The notes under the pieces are model-generated. The model worked only from the letters and a program-made list of their open reading frames with translations, searched no databases and was not told the DNA's origin. Position numbers and translations under genes: made by a program. Below are positions 61,677 through 64,000 of a DNA stretch of 64,000 nt, piece after piece (position 1 is the stretch's first letter; every line of letters begins with the position of its first letter). The stretch is from Schizosaccharomyces osmophilus (taxonomy: Eukaryota): the NCBI RefSeq assembly GCF_027921745.1, contig NC_079238.1:992001-1056000 (forward strand), read 5' to 3'.

Positions 61677-62901
61677 ATGTCGATGACAGTAGGGAATGTG
61701 GTTTTTGGTAAGATCATGCTATAAATTCTTGTTTATTAACATATTCTAGTCGGAAATATACCATACGATATTTCTGAACGCCAAATGACAGAAATTCTTG
61801 AACAAGTGGGTCCTGTAAAGCAGTTCAAGCTGGTTATGGATTTGGAAACCGGTAATGGAAAAGGCTATGGATTTTGTGAGTTTTTTGACAGTGAGACAAC
61901 TGCTTTAGCTGTTCAACGCCTTAATAATCGTGAATTTTTTGGACCTCGAAAAATCCGTGTGGAATTCCCTTCTAATGACCCCAGAAGACATCAGAATTAC
62001 GGATTTCAAGAAAAGCATGGAGACCCTTCTTCCTCATATGATCCTTCTCACGCAACTCCTCGATATCCTTCTATTCAAAACGCTCCTCCTCATCTTCGTC
62101 CTCATTCCCTTGCTTCGAACGTGCATCCCCCTCATGCCTCCGACTATAGCATTCCCACTATGCCGACTACTTCTTCTATTCCACAGACGTCTTCTGCTAC
62201 CAGTGAATTTAATACGCAAGCAAATTTAAATACAGCACGCCGGGGTCCTTATCCAGCTTCTTCATACCATCCTTATACCTCGTCTTCTGGGGTTCCACCA
62301 GCTGTACCTTCGTATCCTGTTCCATCTACGGCTACTCCTTCTATCTCAAGTACACCCTCTGCAACGCCTTTACCTTCCACTGGTAGCAAAGCCGGTACCG
62401 AAGCACCACAACCTTACTCCGTTCCTCCTTCCGTTGCCAAAGTTTTTTCATCTTTCACGGCACAAGAATTACTAACCATGCTTACTCAGCTTCAAACGGT
62501 GGTCCATGTAGCTCCTGATGAGGCTAGACGCTTATTAAATGCAAATCCCGCCCTTCCTTATGCTGCCTTCCAGGCCATGCTTTTAATGAATATGATTGAT
62601 TCTCGTGTATTACAACAGGTTGTTTTGTCAATGCGTAATAATCCTACTCCTCCTGCTCCTCAGGCTCCTTCACGTCCAACTTCAACCGCTCGTCCTGATA
62701 CTTCTGCAAATAAAGATCCTACGAACACTGAAGCAAAACGAGTAAGTTTTTCTTCATCCTCTTCTGTTTACTAATATTTCTCTTGTATAGATGGCACTTA
62801 TAAATCAACTTATGACACTTACTCCCGAACAAATTCAGTCTTTACCACCCGCACAACGAGAACAAATTATTGCAATTCGTCGACAGCACGGTGCTTTCTA
62901 G
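61677..62901 (+). CDS. ctf1: CstF-64/Rna15-family RRM cleavage-polyadenylation factor, 3 exons
   Basis: Exons 61677-61707, 61750-62741, 62791-62901. RRM motifs VFVGNIPYD and KGYGFCEF, hinge region, and C-terminal LTPEQIQSLPPAQREQI. Confidence 0.88.
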
Positions 62902-63512
62902 GGAGTCGGACATGTCTGAATAAATAGTGGTATTCATTTCTTTTCTTTGGGTTTTGTATCAAAAAGCTTTTCTTTCTTTCGGTGTTTATAATTAATTGTC
63001 ATGTAAACTTAATCATGCTTATTTTATTTGTTACTTTTTATCGTTTCATAAGGTTAGATGGTTTATGGATTTAGTAATTAGTTTCAATCTTTTCTACAAA
63101 ACATTATAAGTTTGGTATGAATGTTATTCGTAGATATTTTTTTTTTACTCGTCCTCTAGTTGGAATTCCATACTCGTTCCTGCAAGTTACTATGCACGCG
63201 CAATCATGCCAGAAAGTAGAAGCTCTTGTAAATTATTAAATACATACAGCTTTAGATTTCGTGATAAAAGACACTGTAAAAGAGTACATATTTGATATAT
63301 CTCGTCCTTGAAAGGCATTGCTGCAAGAATCAATAAAACAATTACCTACGCAGTTAACGATTGCATGATTATAAAATTCTAAAAATAATAAAATTTAAGA
63401 AGATATATCAATTCCTTAAAGTATGTGTACATACATAACTACAGAAATTATACCTTAAGTGTATACGAGCTTGCCTGCTACCTACTTACTACTATAAACA
63501 ATTATTGCCAAA

Positions 63513-63800
63513 ATGAATAACCCTATGGAAGAGCAGCAAAGCGCTCTTTTAGGAAGGATTGTGAATAATGTAGAGAAATTGAATGAAAATGTTTGCAGAT
63601 TAAATCATGCATTGCAGGTAAGCTTTGTTATTACATTGTTTTCAATGATTAAAGAAATTGTTCATTTAGTTACTGATCGGTTATAGAACATTAATATGTC
63701 AAACATGAACGTAGAATTAATAAGCCAAATGTGGGCAAACTATGCGCGAAATGCAAAATTCCATTTGGAAGAAACAGGCAATTTGAAGGATCCAATTTAA
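63513..63800 (+). CDS. dad4: DASH/Dam1 complex subunit Dad4 (72 aa); not in the ORF track
   Basis: Exons 63513-63617 and 63687-63800. Reads [25 protein letters not shown]...[19 protein letters not shown]. Confidence 0.93.
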
Positions 63801-63818
63801 GCATTAAGCTGGAGCTAA

Positions 63819-63906
63819 TTAGCGAAATTTATTGTAAAGAATGAGAAGAATAAGAATGACCAAAATAGCAATGATGCCTGTTGTAAAGAATCGGTTCATG
63901 GCAAGT
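63819..63906 (-). CDS. vti1: Last exon of Qb-SNARE Vti1 (transmembrane tail); the gene continues off the right edge
   Basis: GCTAAC..TTTAG acceptor followed by LAMNRFFTTGIIAILVILILLILYNKFR*. Confidence 0.8.
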
Positions 63907-64000
63907 CTAAAGCAATGTTAGCCATAAGTTCATTTTTCACACGAAAAAGCCCCCGAATTCAAGAATCTAAAAAATTGGAAAATTTAACCTCCTTCTTTGA

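Overview
Eukaryotic, intron-containing DNA from a fission yeast, most likely the S. octosporus/S. osmophilus/S. cryophilus clade rather than S. pombe. From about 4.5 kb onward it holds about 30 housekeeping genes in the order I recall for the S. pombe chromosome II SPBC1347-SPBC215-SPBC3B9 block: rnh202, rex2, cki1, scj1, tim54, meu14, fkbp39, rev1, sec13, vps20, mtl3, cwf10, erg10, arg4, pdp2, LYAR homolog, gpd1, tRNA-Asn, git11, csn1, gim5, gyp2, mge1, vma7, isa2, nup120, scp1, mrpl3, rpp102, trs23, ctf1, dad4, vti1. The first 2.4 kb is an accessory selfish-element locus. It holds exon 1 of a wtf meiotic-driver gene (minus strand, running off the window), a divergent two-exon membrane-protein gene in the position of a wtf-associated (wag) gene, and a dispersed 5S rRNA gene. 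Main lead: the wag-position protein looks like a wtf antidote that has lost intron 1 (KNKY start, DLEKG, PY motifs, PPYS-EN with no intron), and it shares an inverted promoter block with its wtf neighbour. Second lead: the longer introns, especially mrpl3 intron 2 with a duplicated 13-mer in twin hairpins, appear structured. Exon models and base pairings were read by eye. Gene names come from my recollection of the S. pombe orthologs, not from a database search.
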